64,000 nucleotides of DNA from Eledone cirrhosa. Its lineage: Eukaryota. The stretch spans positions 224,874,001-224,938,000 of the forward strand of contig OZ024742.1 in the NCBI GenBank assembly GCA_964016885.1, read 5' to 3'. The notes beneath the pieces were generated by a model, which worked only from the letters and a program-made list of their open reading frames with translations, was not told where the DNA came from and did no database searches. The position numbers and the translations under genes were made by a program. This document shows positions 1-12,764 of this stretch, piece by piece. Every line of letters begins with the position of its first letter. Within the stretch, counting starts at the first letter, position 1.

Positions 1-663
1 CAAACAAGATAAGAAAAAAATCTTTACATACTTAATTTTATATCCCTACTACGGTTTCATAGTAATACTCCGAGTATTGTGAGAAGCCATCGCGAGACTT
101 TTGTCAGCCAACTTGTGGAAAGATATTCATATTTCTCCAATTAATTTATATATATAGAGAGAGAGAGAGGGGGAGGGGGAGAGAAGGAGGAGATAGATAG
201 GTAATATAATATATCTATATCTATATATATATATGTTCGTGTGCGTGTGTGTGTATACGTATTTATGTATACATATATCTATATATAAATATGTAAAACA
301 TGAAATATATATATATACATATATATATATAAACTAAACATATATATATATAAACACACACAGACACACACAGACACACAAACACACACACATATATATG
401 TATATATATATATATATATATAAACATATATATATATATAGATATAGATATATTATATTACCTATCTATCTCCTCCTTCTCTCCCCCTCCCCCCCTCTCT
501 CTCTCTATATATATATAAATTAATTGGAGAAATATGGATATCTTTCCACAAGTTGGCTGACAAAAGTCTCGCGATGGCTTCTCACAATACTCGGAGTATT
601 ACTATGAAACCGTAGTAGGGATATAAAATTAAGTATGTAAAGATTTTTTTCTTATCTTGTCTG
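1..663. repeat. Fold-back inverted repeat (arms ~1-230 and ~440-663) around a TA/CA spacer
   Basis: caaacaagataagaaaaaaatctttacatac...tttctccaattaattt reappears as its reverse complement at ~515-663; the arms extend inward through GA/TC-rich sequence. Confidence 0.9.
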
Positions 664-678
664 CTTTTCTCAGATATG

Positions 679-736
<58 letters not shown>

Positions 737-783
737 AAAAGAGCAAGGACCCCGACGGCTGGGTTCCTGCCGTTTCGACAGCT

Positions 784-840
<57 letters not shown>

Positions 841-1042
841 CATATACACACACACACACGCACATGCGCGCGTGTGTGTGTATGCGTATATATATATATA
901 TATATATATATAAGCAAGAAAGTGTTGGTAAAATCCAGTACTTCAGTATGCGGATAGGGAGCACTCAACGAAGATAGAAGTTCCGGAGTTATAATAGTGA
1001 CGAAACATAAGTCAATTGCATGAACTCATAATCCTTTATTTA

Positions 1043-1096
1043 CTGCTATATATATTTCGATGATAGCTATTGAATGGCTATGACCTCATCAGGCAG
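1043..1096 (-). ncRNA. Type I hammerhead ribozyme
   Basis: Minus strand reads ctgc-CTGATGA-ggtcatagccattcaatagctatcatc-GAAA-(ta)n-TA-gcag: conserved core plus helices I-III. Confidence 0.8.
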
Positions 1097-1167
1097 TTAG
1101 TCAGTTCTTAGATATGCCAACTCGTCCAAAAGCACAGAGCTGGCATATCTAAGAACTGACTAACTGC

Positions 1168-1223
1168 CTGCCTGATGAGGTCATAGCCATTCAATGGCTA
1201 TCATCGAAATATATATATAGCAG
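1168..1223 (+). ncRNA. Type I hammerhead ribozyme
   Basis: ctgc-CTGATGA(1172)-ggtcatagccattcaatggctatcatc-GAAA(1206)-(ta)n-TA-gcag. Confidence 0.85.
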
Positions 1224-1265
1224 TAAATAAAGGATTATGAGTTCATGCAATTGACTTATGTTTCT

Positions 1266-1347
<82 letters not shown>

Positions 1348-1386
1348 TATATACATATATATATATATACATATATATATACATAC

Positions 1387-1424
<38 letters not shown>

Positions 1425-1525
1425 CCCAGAAAAAAAGAGAGAGAGAAATAAAAAAGGTAAAAAATTTTTTTTTTTTCCTAATAATCGTCCCTTTCTCCCT
1501 GTTTTCATATATATATATATATATA

Positions 1526-1990
1526 TAGTTATGTAATAAACAATATGAGGCAATTATTTCATTTACCAGAGGTTTCTTAAAAGCAAACAAATTTTGCTTT
1601 CAAACATCAGAATGAAAAAATCCTGGTGTATTTATTGGTATTGGATTTTAAAAACAAAAATATAATCTATATGAAAGGGAGGCTGGAAAAGGAAGAAGGA
1701 AAGGAAAAATAAACACACATGCAAACACACACACATACACAATTATATATATACACATTATATGTATATAATTGTGTGTGTGTGTGTGTGTTTGCATGTG
1801 TGTTTATTTTTCCTTTCCTTCTTCCTTTTCCAACCTCACTTTCATATAGATTATATTTTTGTTTTTAAAATCCAATACCAATAAATCCACCAGGATTTTT
1901 TCATTCTGATGTTTGAAAGCAAAATTTGTTTGCTTTTAAGAAACCACTGGTAAATGAAATAATTGCCTTATGTTGTTTATTACATAACTA
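1526..1990. repeat. Fold-back palindrome with ~225-bp arms
   Basis: tagttatgtaataaacaa...acacaattatat (1526-1750) is mirrored at 1765-1990 with few mismatches. Confidence 0.9.
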
Positions 1991-2138
1991 TTAAGCTCTG
2001 TTACTTACATAGAGCACTATTTTTTCCTGGACTTTTCCGACGGAATTACTTCATTCACACATATATATATAGTTAAAACTTAGACGGGAACAAAAACAGA
2101 GAAGCAGTACAAATAAGAGTTTATTAGGTTCACGCTTT

Positions 2139-2251
<113 letters not shown>

Positions 2252-2486
2252 TAAAAAAATAATGAATAAAACAATGAAACAGTTTCTTATATTAAACAAA
2301 AAAAGTTCATTATTTAACGATCGTTTCTAGGATATATATGTGTTAGAATTGGCATGCATATTCAACAGATCTATGTACAAAATTATACAAAATTATACAA
2401 ACTATCAAGATTAAATATACATACCAAACACACATATATGCCGTCTTCAGAAATAATATATATATATATATTTGATATAGAAATGG

Positions 2487-2533
2487 CTTCTACAGGACTA
2501 GAACTGTTTCATTCGGGAGAAATCATCAGGAAT
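2487..2533 (-). ncRNA. Probable type I hammerhead ribozyme
   Basis: Minus strand: ttc-CTGATGA-tttctcccgaat-GAAA-cag-ttctagtc-ctg-TA-gaa; helices I and II are short. Confidence 0.6.
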
Positions 2534-2594
2534 GAAACAATATATATACAAAATTAACTCGAATATCGAGTTTTGAAACGCGAGTGTATTAGAG

Positions 2595-2935
2595 TTCGTA
2601 GGAAAATGGAAAAACTCGGCGTAAGGAAGCTGTTAAACAGCAAAATGCCGTGGAAACAGCATTGGGTAAAACATTACCTAGAAGGATAGAGCTCAGCGGC
2701 TCGAAGTGAGTTGGCTGCAGTGGTCAGTCAAAGCATTGAAATTGCAGGTTGTCTGAAAGCTGATGAGTGTATTTAAATATTTGTGATCGCCTATCCTCCA
2801 TTCTATTTCTTCCTTCCTATCAATTCTTCGAGGCACTGATCTCTATCCTACGAGGTAATATTTTACTCAACGCCTTTTCGACGGAATTTTACTGTTTTAA
2901 CAGCTTCCTTGCGCTGAGTTTTTCCATCTTCCTAC

Positions 2936-2940
<5 letters not shown>
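2595..2940. repeat. Diverged inverted repeat with ~115-bp arms
   Basis: ttcgtaggaaaatggaaaaactcggcgtaaggaagctgttaaa versus ttttaacagcttccttgcgctgagtttttccatcttcctacgaa. Confidence 0.75.
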
Positions 2941-2981
<41 letters not shown>

Positions 2982-3390
2982 CGTATGTTTATTACTCTGA
3001 GCTTCATACAGTATATTATCAAATATACTATACATACTTTCATATATACATCGCTATTTCAGAGCACCAATAATTCCTAAATTTTGCTGGACCAGCAACC
3101 GCTCTGTTTAATTAGCTCTTAAACATCACTGGGGTTCTATGAGAATCCAGCTTCTATAATTCTCGGCAGAACCGAAGGGATATGCAATTTTGACAACCGC
3201 TAATAGCGAGAAACGGCCGTCGATTATTTCCCTTTGCTTTTCACCAAGTACGTGACGTAGTCTCTACTTAAAAACACATAGCGAATGGACTTCAAAATGT
3301 TTTAAAATAAATATACAGAATATTATCAAATATACTATACGTACTTTCATATATATATATGAGCTCCGGCAGTTTCGACACCTAGATCTA

Positions 3391-3432
<42 letters not shown>

Positions 3433-4090
3433 GAGGGTATGTTACAAATTATCTGCACTTTTGCCATAACGTATCTTTATGTTTGTCACACTGCTTTCTG
3501 CTCATGCGTGCTTATAGTTGGTACTATTATGGTCATATGTTCGACGTTTGACCTTGATCGCTCCAGTTTCCGCGCCAGAACGTAAAGGTCATAATTCCAA
3601 GCTGCAAAGCATGGTGTCTAACGCTCTACCTATACTGCCATTCCACTATATATGTGCGCGCGTGTACAAATTTTAAGTAAAATATATATTTGCCGACTTT
3701 ATTCACAGATATTAGTTAAATATCTTATACAGTTACCACTCCATCACCGAACTCTATAAATTATTAATGGAAACATTTTAGCTATTAATTCGTTGTCTCC
3801 AGCATATTTTGCAAACAAATAAATACACATACGCATAGACACATATAGGTATGAATGTATGTATGTATGTATGTAAGTATGTATGCATGTATGTATGTGT
3901 ACGTATGTATGTATATGTGTGTGCGTGTGTGTGTGTCTATGTATGTGAGTGTGTGGGTGGGTGTGTTTTAAGTGTAACTAAGATCGTCAATTGCCTTAAC
4001 CTGAATGCAATTATATCTAAAGCTACACGTGGACTCAAACAAATGCAATCCATAAACTTACAGTCAATTCCAGACACATACACCCACACA

Positions 4091-4166
<76 letters not shown>

Positions 4167-4568
4167 AAGCGAGATCGAATTTCGGCAGTGATCAAAAACA
4201 AAGCGAAACGCAATTTTCGAGATATACGGCAAGTGCTCAATGGCCTAAAAGAAGGCCAGAGCAATAAACATAGGTTATAGAGGCCAAACAAACTGAAAAA
4301 GACGGTCATAGAGCCATCGGCCACCGAAGCCAAAAAAACGAAGCAAGCTAAGCAGGTCAAACGAAAGAATTTACCTGGATCCCTGGAATTGATGGTTTCT
4401 GCGACACCTAAATCAATTATACTGCCTGCTTCCATATTAAGCTTTTGGTATAATGATCGAACAAGGCTGCCACTTCGTCAATATGTATTTTGTTCTCAGC
4501 CAGCGAGTGGGATCCCGGCAGTAGTAACGTGTTGTAGTGATTACCCCACGTGTATTACCCTGCAAGGG

Positions 4569-4612
<44 letters not shown>

Positions 4613-5140
4613 AAAGTATGTGTTCCTACATGTAATTAATACAAACAGGGATACAAGTATAGTCCGACCATATGCCAGTGTGGTTCAATGGGAAGTTAAT
4701 AAATTAACAAGCCAGAACATATAACATCAAGGGAAAGCAATTAAAGAAAAAATTTTAAAATAAATTTTTAAAAATTCACTGTACCTACTATATGTGCCTT
4801 TACCGCGGTTTCAAATCCCAAACGAATAGATAATCCAGGCGGATTTCCATTGAGAATGAGATTATCGTCAGAAGGCATTTCTCTCCCGGAGAATATAAAA
4901 TTCCCGAGTTAAAAATTACAAACTGGCGCCATTCCAAACTTGCCTCAGAATGAGAGCCAATGAATGATAAAGCAGTTTCTTTATTATTATTCTCCTCAAT
5001 GGTAGAGAAACCTATAGTCGTCTGAATGGCTGTTATTTTTAGCAGTACAGGATTCACTTGTCCACCGTGCTCTCGCCTTTACACTACACACGGTACCATG
5101 CCGAAACTGTGTGTGTGTGTGTGTTTATATGTATGTATGT

Positions 5141-5185
<45 letters not shown>

Positions 5186-5458
5186 CATACATATAAACAC
5201 ACACGAAACTGTGTATGGGTGTGTGTTTATAAGTATGTATGTATATATATATGTATATATATGTATATATATATATGTATATCTATATATATATATTGTT
5301 ATACTTTGGGAGGGTCATGCTGCCAATAAGAAACACACGCACCAGTTGCTTTCACTTCAATTTATTATATATTTATAAATTTATAAATTTACAAATTTAC
5401 AAACCTATAAATTTCTGGTTGGTTGGTTGGTTCCACAACCAGATAGTTGTTTATATAT

Positions 5459-5503
5459 AGTCATAGTCCTTTCGTCACACACTCTGTGACCTCTTCAGTG
5501 ACT
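5459..5503 (-). ncRNA. Minimal hammerhead ribozyme in 3' pLTR of copy A
   Basis: agtca-CTGAAGA-g-gtcaca-gagtg-tgtgac-GAAA-ggac-TA-tgact on the minus strand. Confidence 0.88.
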
Positions 5504-5791
5504 GGGGATTCCTTTCTTCGTTTCTGTGCCTTTCCTTTCTTCTATCCTACGCCATTTTGTTTCTGTGTGTGTGTTGTGTGCTCAGTTTGCGCATGCGCCA
5601 CATCCGGGTGTCTGTGTGTGTTTGTGTTCATTTTTCTATTTGTTTATTTATTTATTTATTTATTTATTGTTGGTTGGTTGTTTGTTCTATGTGTGTGTGT
5701 GTTTTCATTTTGTGTGTGTTCTCATTTTGTCCTTAATTGTAAGTTGTTTGTTCTATGTGTGTGTGTGTTTTCGTGTGTTTTCATTTTGTCC

Positions 5792-8700
5792 TTAATTGTA
5801 AGTTGTGATGTTGCTGTTCCACTCATATTTTCTATTTAATTTTGGTTTTAATTCTTTTATGCTTACTGCCTCTGTAATTTGCCTAAACATTGCGTCTTTT
5901 ATGTGTGTGGATTCTATTTTTATTTCTATGCTCTCTCATCTACCCCTGTGTTCTATCTTAGCATGTTGGTAGAGCACAGATGATTCTTTATTATCTTGGA
6001 GGTCTCGCCAGTGTTCATTTATTCGTTCCCCTATACTACGAGCTGTCTCACCTATGTACACTATATTTTTGTTTCTACATTGTCCTTCAGTACATCTTAT
6101 GCTATACACTACATTTCTAGTTTTACAGTTAATATGGGGGCTTATTTTACAGGTTATACATTTCTTATCTATACATGAGGGTCTTTGGAACGGGTATGTC
6201 TTGCTAATAAGTGTTTTTACGGAGGTACCAGGTCTTTCTACTATCTTAATATTGAGATTATGTTTATTTAGGGCCCTTCTAAATTTATAGGCTAGTTCGC
6301 CTCTAGGGGTTGTATTGATGAACATTACACTCTGGTATTTATTGCTATCATACCATGAGTTTATTCTATTGGCCTTGTTCCTAGTTCTTTCTATTCTATT
6401 CCAAAATTTGCTCCTATACAAGGGGCAGGTCCCATTTATGTCATTATTTACCATTTTTTCCCATTTGGTTCTGGCTCCTTTATACACTCTGATTCTATCT
6501 CTCTGATTGTAGCCAGAGAACTGCATACGGTGGATGAAGTGTTGTATGTGTCTCTCTAGTTCTTAGGGGTTACACATGCGGGACACATTTCTCATCACCC
6601 GTACCAAATCCGCAATCAGTATGTTGATTTTGGTATGGTCCGAAATGGCCGAGTTTCGGTGGATCAGATGTTTGGAAGTCATGGGTTTGGCATAGTGGGA
6701 ATGGAGGATTTGTTTTTGGTTGTTAATGGTATCTAACCAGAGCTCTGTGTCTAGTACAGGTAATCGATGGTTGGGGTGTCTACTTGGGTAGTCTATAGTA
6801 ACTCTAATGCTCTGGTGGATGGAGTTTGCTATTTGCTGGATGCTTTCCATTGTGTTTTTCTCTAGTTCCTGACTGTTCTTTAGTGGGGGTGTCTTAACTA
6901 CGATGTTTATATCATCTACGTAGCGGGAGTACATTATCAGGGTTAAGCTGTCTTCTAATTGTTCATTAAGTTTTTGTTTAAGTCTACTGTCCCACCATAC
7001 CATGAATAAGTTAGCTATGTCGCCTGAATGCTAACACCAATGGCTGCTCCTTCCTCTTGGGCATATGTTTTACCATTAAATTTGAACATATGTTCCTTAA
7101 GGGTTAATTTTATGCTGGCCTCTACCGCATGTGCAATCATTTTCTTCAGTTCATCGTGGTTTTCGGGTGTCCGTATGGCTCTGGTCCACCCGTTCCATCT
7201 ATCTGTGTGGGTTTTCTTGGCCATTGAGGTAATGGTAGGTGGTCTGCCTCTTGCTGGTCTTGTAGGGCACAGGTTGCTAAGGTCATAAGTGTCTAGGTAA
7301 CTATTACTATAGGTAAGCTTGAGTAGAAGTCCCAGCTCACTGGTATCAATCCCACGGAACTCAACCTTGCTCTCGCTGATCATTTCTACGCATTTCTCCA
7401 CAGCAAAATCCACGTCAATAGATGGATACAGGGACACAACATCCATACTGCCTATTATGCAGTTTGTTAGGTCCCCAGATCGGTTACCCACGCCGATTCT
7501 GCTGAGGAGGTCCTCCGTGCTGTCACACACATCTGGGGACATCTCAATGATGGGGCGTATGATCAGGGAGAGGAAGTAGGACAGTCTGTAGTTACTAGCA
7601 ATGTTAGCCCCACAGACTGGCCGTGTTGGTGGTCCCGCGACAGGGTCCCAGCCCGTTTTATGGTCTTTTCGAAGCCCATACAACGCCGGCACGTCATTGT
7701 TCCAGGCCTGGAAGTTGTTGGCAGTCCTTTTGTTGGGCTGCATTATATTCGTCCACATCACCATATGGGCATTGAGGGCTTTTTCTCTATCCTCATGCTC
7801 CTGTGGTGTTACCTCTCTTGTGTTAGTGATGTGGGGTTGCATTGCCTGGATGTAGTTTGGCAGGCTGTCAACCGACATTCTGCCAGACTTGTCTGTTGGA
7901 AAACATGCTATCTCTCCATTACGCGAGCGCTGCATGAGCTTACGCAAGCCATTTGCAGATTCTTCTCCCAGTTGCTGGGCCTCTATTCTGTTATGCTTCT
8001 TGCTATACTGTTCTATAATATTTCTAAGTTCGGATTTAGCTATACTAAATTGTGCTTCTGTTTGTTCATCGACCTGCGACGGCAACTGCGTGCGTTTGTT
8101 AAATGGCAAAGTCGTGGCGTGGACTCGTCGTAGGTCGAATGATTTATCGGAGGGGTTATAAAACGGAGAGTTCCAGGCTGCTGCTTTATGTGTACTAGTG
8201 CTATTATTATTGTTAGTTGTGTTGTTTCTATTTCTATTTCCACCAACAGCCTCAGCCTCATGGTTGTTTCTATGTCTCTCATAATTACTCCTGTCTCTTT
8301 CCACTGGCTCAATGTTGTTATCTACCCTATTTTGTGTGTCTGTGTGTTCGTCTTGGTTATTCTCTTTGTCCTTAGTCTCCCATCTCCTTTTCCTTTTAAT
8401 CCTATTACTTTCTCTTATTTCTCTGATTTCTGTGCTACTGTCATTACTTGTTTTCTGTGTCTGTGTGTTTGTTAAGATTGTGGTGGTGGTGAGAGGCATT
8501 GAATGCGTGTGTGTTGTTGTTGTTGATGTGTGTTATTGTTGATGTGTGTTGTTGTTGTCTCCGTGTGTGTGTGTGTTATCGTTGTTGTGTGTGTTGTTAT
8601 TGTTGTTTGTGTCTGCGTGTCTGTTGTTGTTGTATCTGGGTATGTTGCTATTGTTGTTGTTGTTGTTATTGTTGTTTGTGTCTGTGTGTCTGTTGTTGTT

Positions 8701-9480
8701 GGGATGTGTGTTGTATATGTGTGTGCGTATATTGTTGCTTTTGTTTTTGATGCTCCAGCGTAGTTTTGTAAATGATTTTTCTATTTCTGACAGACAACTA
8801 ATCATATTTACCTTCTTGAATGTCGCAAATTTGGGTGGCAGACGTAACACAGACATTTCATTATTATCTATTTCCGTGTTTCCATAAATGTTGGTATTTT
8901 CGTTGTTGAACTCTTCAGATAATGAGGTGTCGGCCATGTTGATACCGTCAATTTTGTCGGGATATCTATTGGTATACTCTATAGTATCCCGATTTAGCTT
9001 TGCCTGTTTAAGCCACTTTAGTTTTCTGTTAAAGTGCTTATCACATTCTTGAGTAATGTACTGTTCTTCGGGGCGTATAAGGCTTATAAATGTTAGTTTT
9101 TCTGCTGGTGTGGTGATTTTAGCTATTTCTTGTATTAGGTTACGCTTTAGTTTTTCTTGATGACTTAATTCTCTATAGATCTTCTTTTTTATGTTTAGAA
9201 TTAAAGTTCGTTTTAGCCTATCTGCTTGTTTTTTGGTGAGTTGTAATCTTCTAACGTCGGTATTGATGGTGTTGGTGTAGATTCTAGAAGTGGTGCACAG
9301 TTTTATGAAGCGTAGTTGTCGAGATGTTATGGTTTTTCGTAGACAACAGAACATGGTGGTTTTCAGTATCTTGTTAGCCTGGCTAAGGCTTACGATATTT
9401 CGTTTCTGAATTTGTTTAGCAAGATTCTTTATCTGAAATCGTGTGTTGAAACCGATATTGTTATACTTTGAGAGGGTCAT
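5792..9480 (-). pseudogene. Disrupted Penelope-like RT + GIY-YIG ORF
   Basis: Starts MTLSKYNNIGF (ATG 9480). Motifs SMDVVSLYPSI, YSRYVDDI, LPVLD, VVY..YIGET. Broken by a frameshift/stop near 8533, a 1-nt deletion near 7027, a TAA at 6563 and a TGA at 5936. Confidence 0.9.
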
Positions 9481-9620
9481 GCTGCCAATAAGAAACACAC
9501 GCACCAGTTGCTTTCACTTCAATTTATTATATATTTATAAATTTATAAATTTACAAATTTACAAACCTATAAATTTCTGGTTGGTTGGTTGGTTCCACAA
9601 CCAGATAGTTGTTTATATAT

Positions 9621-9665
9621 AGTCATAGTCCTTTCGTCACACACTCTGTGACCTCTTCAGTGACT
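9621..9665 (-). ncRNA. Minimal hammerhead ribozyme in 5' pLTR of copy A
   Basis: Same sequence as the 5459-5503 motif. Confidence 0.88.
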
Positions 9666-9845
9666 GGGGATTCCTTTCTTCGTTTCTGTGCCTTTTTTTT
9701 CTTCTATCCTACGCCATTTTGTTTCTGTGTGTGTGTGTTGTGTGCGATAACACACACACACACGGAGACAACAACAACACACATCAACAACAACACACAT
9801 CAACAACAACACACATCAACAACAACAACAACACACACGCATTCA

Positions 9846-12410
9846 ATGCCTCTCACCACCACCACAATCTTAACAAACACACAGACACAGAAAACAAGTA
9901 ATGACAGTAGCACAGAAATCAGAGAAATAAGAGAAAGTAATAGGATTAAAAGGAAAAGGAGATGGGAGACTAAGGACAAAGAGAATAACCAAGACGAACA
10001 CACAGACACACAAAATAGGGTAGATAACAACATTGAGCCAGTGGAAAGAGACAGGAGTAATTATGAGAGACATAGAAACAATCATGAGGCTGAGGCTGTT
10101 GGTGGAAATAGAAATAGAAACAACACAACTAACAATAATAATAGCACTAGTACACATAAAGCAGCAGCCTGGAACTCTCCGTTTTATAACCCCTCCGATA
10201 AATCATTCGACCTACGACGAGTCCACGCCACGACTTTGCCATTTAACAAACGCACGCAGTTGCCGTCGCAGGTCGATGAACAAACAGAAGCACAATTTAG
10301 TATAGCTAAATCCGAACTTAGAAATATTATAGAACAGTATAGCAAGAAGCATAATAGAATAGAGGCCCAGCAACTGGGAGAAGAATCTGCAAATGGCTTG
10401 CGTAAGCTCATGCAGCGCTCGCGTAATGGAGAGATAGCATGTTTTCCAACAGACAAGTCTGGCAGAATGTCGGTTGACAGCCTGCCAAACTACATCCAGG
10501 CAATGCAACCCCACATCACTAACACAAGAGAGGTAACACCACAGGAGCATGAGGATAGAGAAAAAGCCCTTAATGCCCATATGGTGATGTGGACGAATAT
10601 AATGCAGCCCAACAAAAGGACTGCCAATAACTTCCAGGCCTGGAACAATGACGTGCCGGCGTTGTATGGGCTTCGAAAAGACCATAAAACGGGCTGGGAC
10701 CCTGTCGCGGGACCACCAACACGGCCAGTCTGTGGGGCTAACATTGCTAGTAACTACAGACTGTCCTACTTCCTCTCCCTGATCATACGCCCCATCATTG
10801 AGATATCCCCAGATGTGTGTGACAGCACGGAGGACCTCCTCAGCAGAATCGGCGTGGGTAACCGATCTGGGGACCTAACAAACTGCATAATAGGCAGTAT
10901 GGATGTTGTGTCCCTGTATCCATCTATTGACGTGGATTTTGCTGTGGAGAAATGCGTAGAAATGATCAGCGAGAGCAAGGTTGAGTTCCGTGGGATTGAT
11001 ACCAGTGAGCTGGGACTTCTACTCAAGCTTACCTATAGTAATAGTTACCTAGACACTTATGACCTTAGCAACCTGTGCCCTACAAGACCAGCAAGAGGCA
11101 GACCACCTACCATTACCTCAATGGCCAAGAAAACCCACACAGATAGATGGAACGGGTGGACCAGAGCCATACGGACACCCGAAAACCACGATGAACTGAA
11201 GAAAATGATTGCACATGCGGTAGAGGCCAGCATAAAATTAACCCTTAAGGAACATATGTTCAAATTTAATGGTAAAACATATGCCCAAGAGGAAGGAGCA
11301 GCCATTGGTGTTAGCATTGCAGGCGACATAGCTAACTTATTCATGGTATGGTGGGACAGTAGACTTAAACAAAAACTTAATGAACAATTAGAAGACAGCT
11401 TAACCCTGATAATGTACTCCCGCTACGTAGATGATATAAACATTGTAGTTAAGACACCCCCACTAAAGAACAGTCAGGAACTAGAGAAAAACACAATGGA
11501 AAGCATCCAGCAAATAGCAAACTCCATCCACCAGAGCATTAGAGTTACTATAGACTACCCAGGTAGACACCCCAACCATCGATTACCTGTACTAGACACA
11601 GAGCTCTGGTTAGATACCATTAACAACCAAAAACAAATCCTCCATTCCCACTATGCCAAACCCATGACTTCCAAACATCTGATCCACCGAAACTCGGCCA
11701 TTTCGGACCATACCAAAATCAACATACTGATTGCGGATTTGGTACGGGTGATGAGAAATGTGTCCCGCATGTGCAACCCCGAAGAACTAGAGAGACACAT
11801 ACAACACTTCATCCACCGTATGCAGTTCTCTGGCTACAATCAGAGAGATAGAATCAGAGTGTATAAAGGAGCCAGAACCAAATGGGAAAAAATGGTAAAT
11901 AATGACATAAATGGGACCTGCCCCTTGTATAGGAGCAAATTTTGGAATAGAATAGAAAGAACTAGGAACAAGGCCAATAGAATAAACTCATGGTATGATA
12001 GCAATAAATACCAGAGTGTAATGTTCATCAATACAACCCCTAGAGGCGAACTAGCCTACAAATTTAGAAGGGCCCTAAATAAACATAATCTCAATATTAA
12101 GATAGTAGAAAGACCTGGTACCTCCGTAAAAACACTTATTAGCAAGACATACCCGTTCCAAAGACCCTCATGTATAGATAAGAAATGTATAACCTGTAAA
12201 ATAAGCCCCCATATTAACTGTAAAACTAGAAATGTAGTGTATAGCATAAGATGTACTGAAGGACAATGTAGAAACAAAAATATAGTGTACATAGGTGAGA
12301 CAGCTCGTAGTATAGGGGAACGAATAAATGAACACTGGCGAGACCTCCAAGATAATAAAGAATCATCTGTGCTCTACCAACATGCTAAGATAGAACACAG
12401 GGGTAGATGA
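9846..12410 (+). CDS. Penelope-like reverse transcriptase + GIY-YIG endonuclease (Neptune-like Cys linker), truncated at the N-terminus and by an in-frame TGA
   Basis: LYGLRKDHK..PTRPV, SMDVVSLYPSI, QEEGAAIG..ANLFM, YSRYVDDI, CIDKKCITC, NVVYSIRC..YIGETARSIGERINEH. The frame continues 47 codons past the TGA to a TAA ending at 12554. Confidence 0.9.
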   Translation: MPLTTTTILTNTQTQKTSNDSSTEIREIRESNRIKRKRRWETKDKENNQDEHTDTQNRVDNNIEPVERDRSNYERHRNNHEAEAVGGNRNRNNTTNNNNSTSTHKAAAWNSPFYNPSDKSFDLRRVHATTLPFNKRTQLPSQVDEQTEAQFSIAKSELRNIIEQYSKKHNRIEAQQLGEESANGLRKLMQRSRNGEIACFPTDKSGRMSVDSLPNYIQAMQPHITNTREVTPQEHEDREKALNAHMVMWTNIMQPNKRTANNFQAWNNDVPALYGLRKDHKTGWDPVAGPPTRPVCGANIASNYRLSYFLSLIIRPIIEISPDVCDSTEDLLSRIGVGNRSGDLTNCIIGSMDVVSLYPSIDVDFAVEKCVEMISESKVEFRGIDTSELGLLLKLTYSNSYLDTYDLSNLCPTRPARGRPPTITSMAKKTHTDRWNGWTRAIRTPENHDELKKMIAHAVEASIKLTLKEHMFKFNGKTYAQEEGAAIGVSIAGDIANLFMVWWDSRLKQKLNEQLEDSLTLIMYSRYVDDINIVVKTPPLKNSQELEKNTMESIQQIANSIHQSIRVTIDYPGRHPNHRLPVLDTELWLDTINNQKQILHSHYAKPMTSKHLIHRNSAISDHTKINILIADLVRVMRNVSRMCNPEELERHIQHFIHRMQFSGYNQRDRIRVYKGARTKWEKMVNNDINGTCPLYRSKFWNRIERTRNKANRINSWYDSNKYQSVMFINTTPRGELAYKFRRALNKHNLNIKIVERPGTSVKTLISKTYPFQRPSCIDKKCITCKISPHINCKTRNVVYSIRCTEGQCRNKNIVYIGETARSIGERINEHWRDLQDNKESSVLYQHAKIEHRGR

Positions 12411-12764
12411 GAGAGCATAGAAATAAAAATAGAATCCACACACAGAAAAGACGCAATGTTTAGGCAAATTACAGAGGCAGTAAGCATAAAAGAATTAAAA
12501 CCAAAATTAAATAGAAAATATGAGTGGAACAGCAACATCACAACTTACAATTAAGGACAAAATGAAAACACACGAAAACACACACACACATAGAACAAAC
12601 AACCAACCAACAATAAATAAATAAATAAATAGAAAAATGAACACAAACACACACAGACACCCGTATGTGGCGCATGCGCAAACTGAGCACACAACACACA
12701 CACAGAAACAAAATGGCGTAGGATAGAAGAAAGGAAAGGCACAGAAACGAAGAAAGGAATCCCC

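Larger units (their letters stand above)
995..1271. repeat. Palindrome with ~125-bp arms, each carrying a hammerhead ribozyme (pLTR-derived)
   Basis: 995-1119 is the reverse complement of 1141-1271 with a ~22-nt loop; it ends at a (TA)n tract. Confidence 0.9.
5297..9745 (-). mobile_element. Penelope-like retroelement copy A (near full length: partial 5' pLTR, ORF, 3' pLTR)
   Basis: Direct repeat ~5297-5581 = ~9458-9745 flanks a disrupted RT/GIY-YIG ORF; the 3' end runs into (TA)n. Confidence 0.93.

Noticed and set aside
735-790. Half hammerhead on the minus strand (GAAA-cggc..gccg-TC), similar piece at ~3361-3390
   Set aside because: The CUGANGA half is missing, replaced by (TA)n or unrelated sequence; a remnant only.
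4160-5060. Unique-looking sequence with short ORFs as possible host exons
   Set aside because: No recognisable domain, in-frame stops, and no consistent splice structure.
9609-9845. N-terminus of the 933-aa ORF
   Set aside because: The first ~46 codons are the antisense pLTR of copy A fused in frame by chance, with a non-ATG start.
12555-12760. SECIS element for the in-frame TGA
   Set aside because: No ATGA..AA..GA stem with pairing is visible; the region is AC-rich simple sequence.
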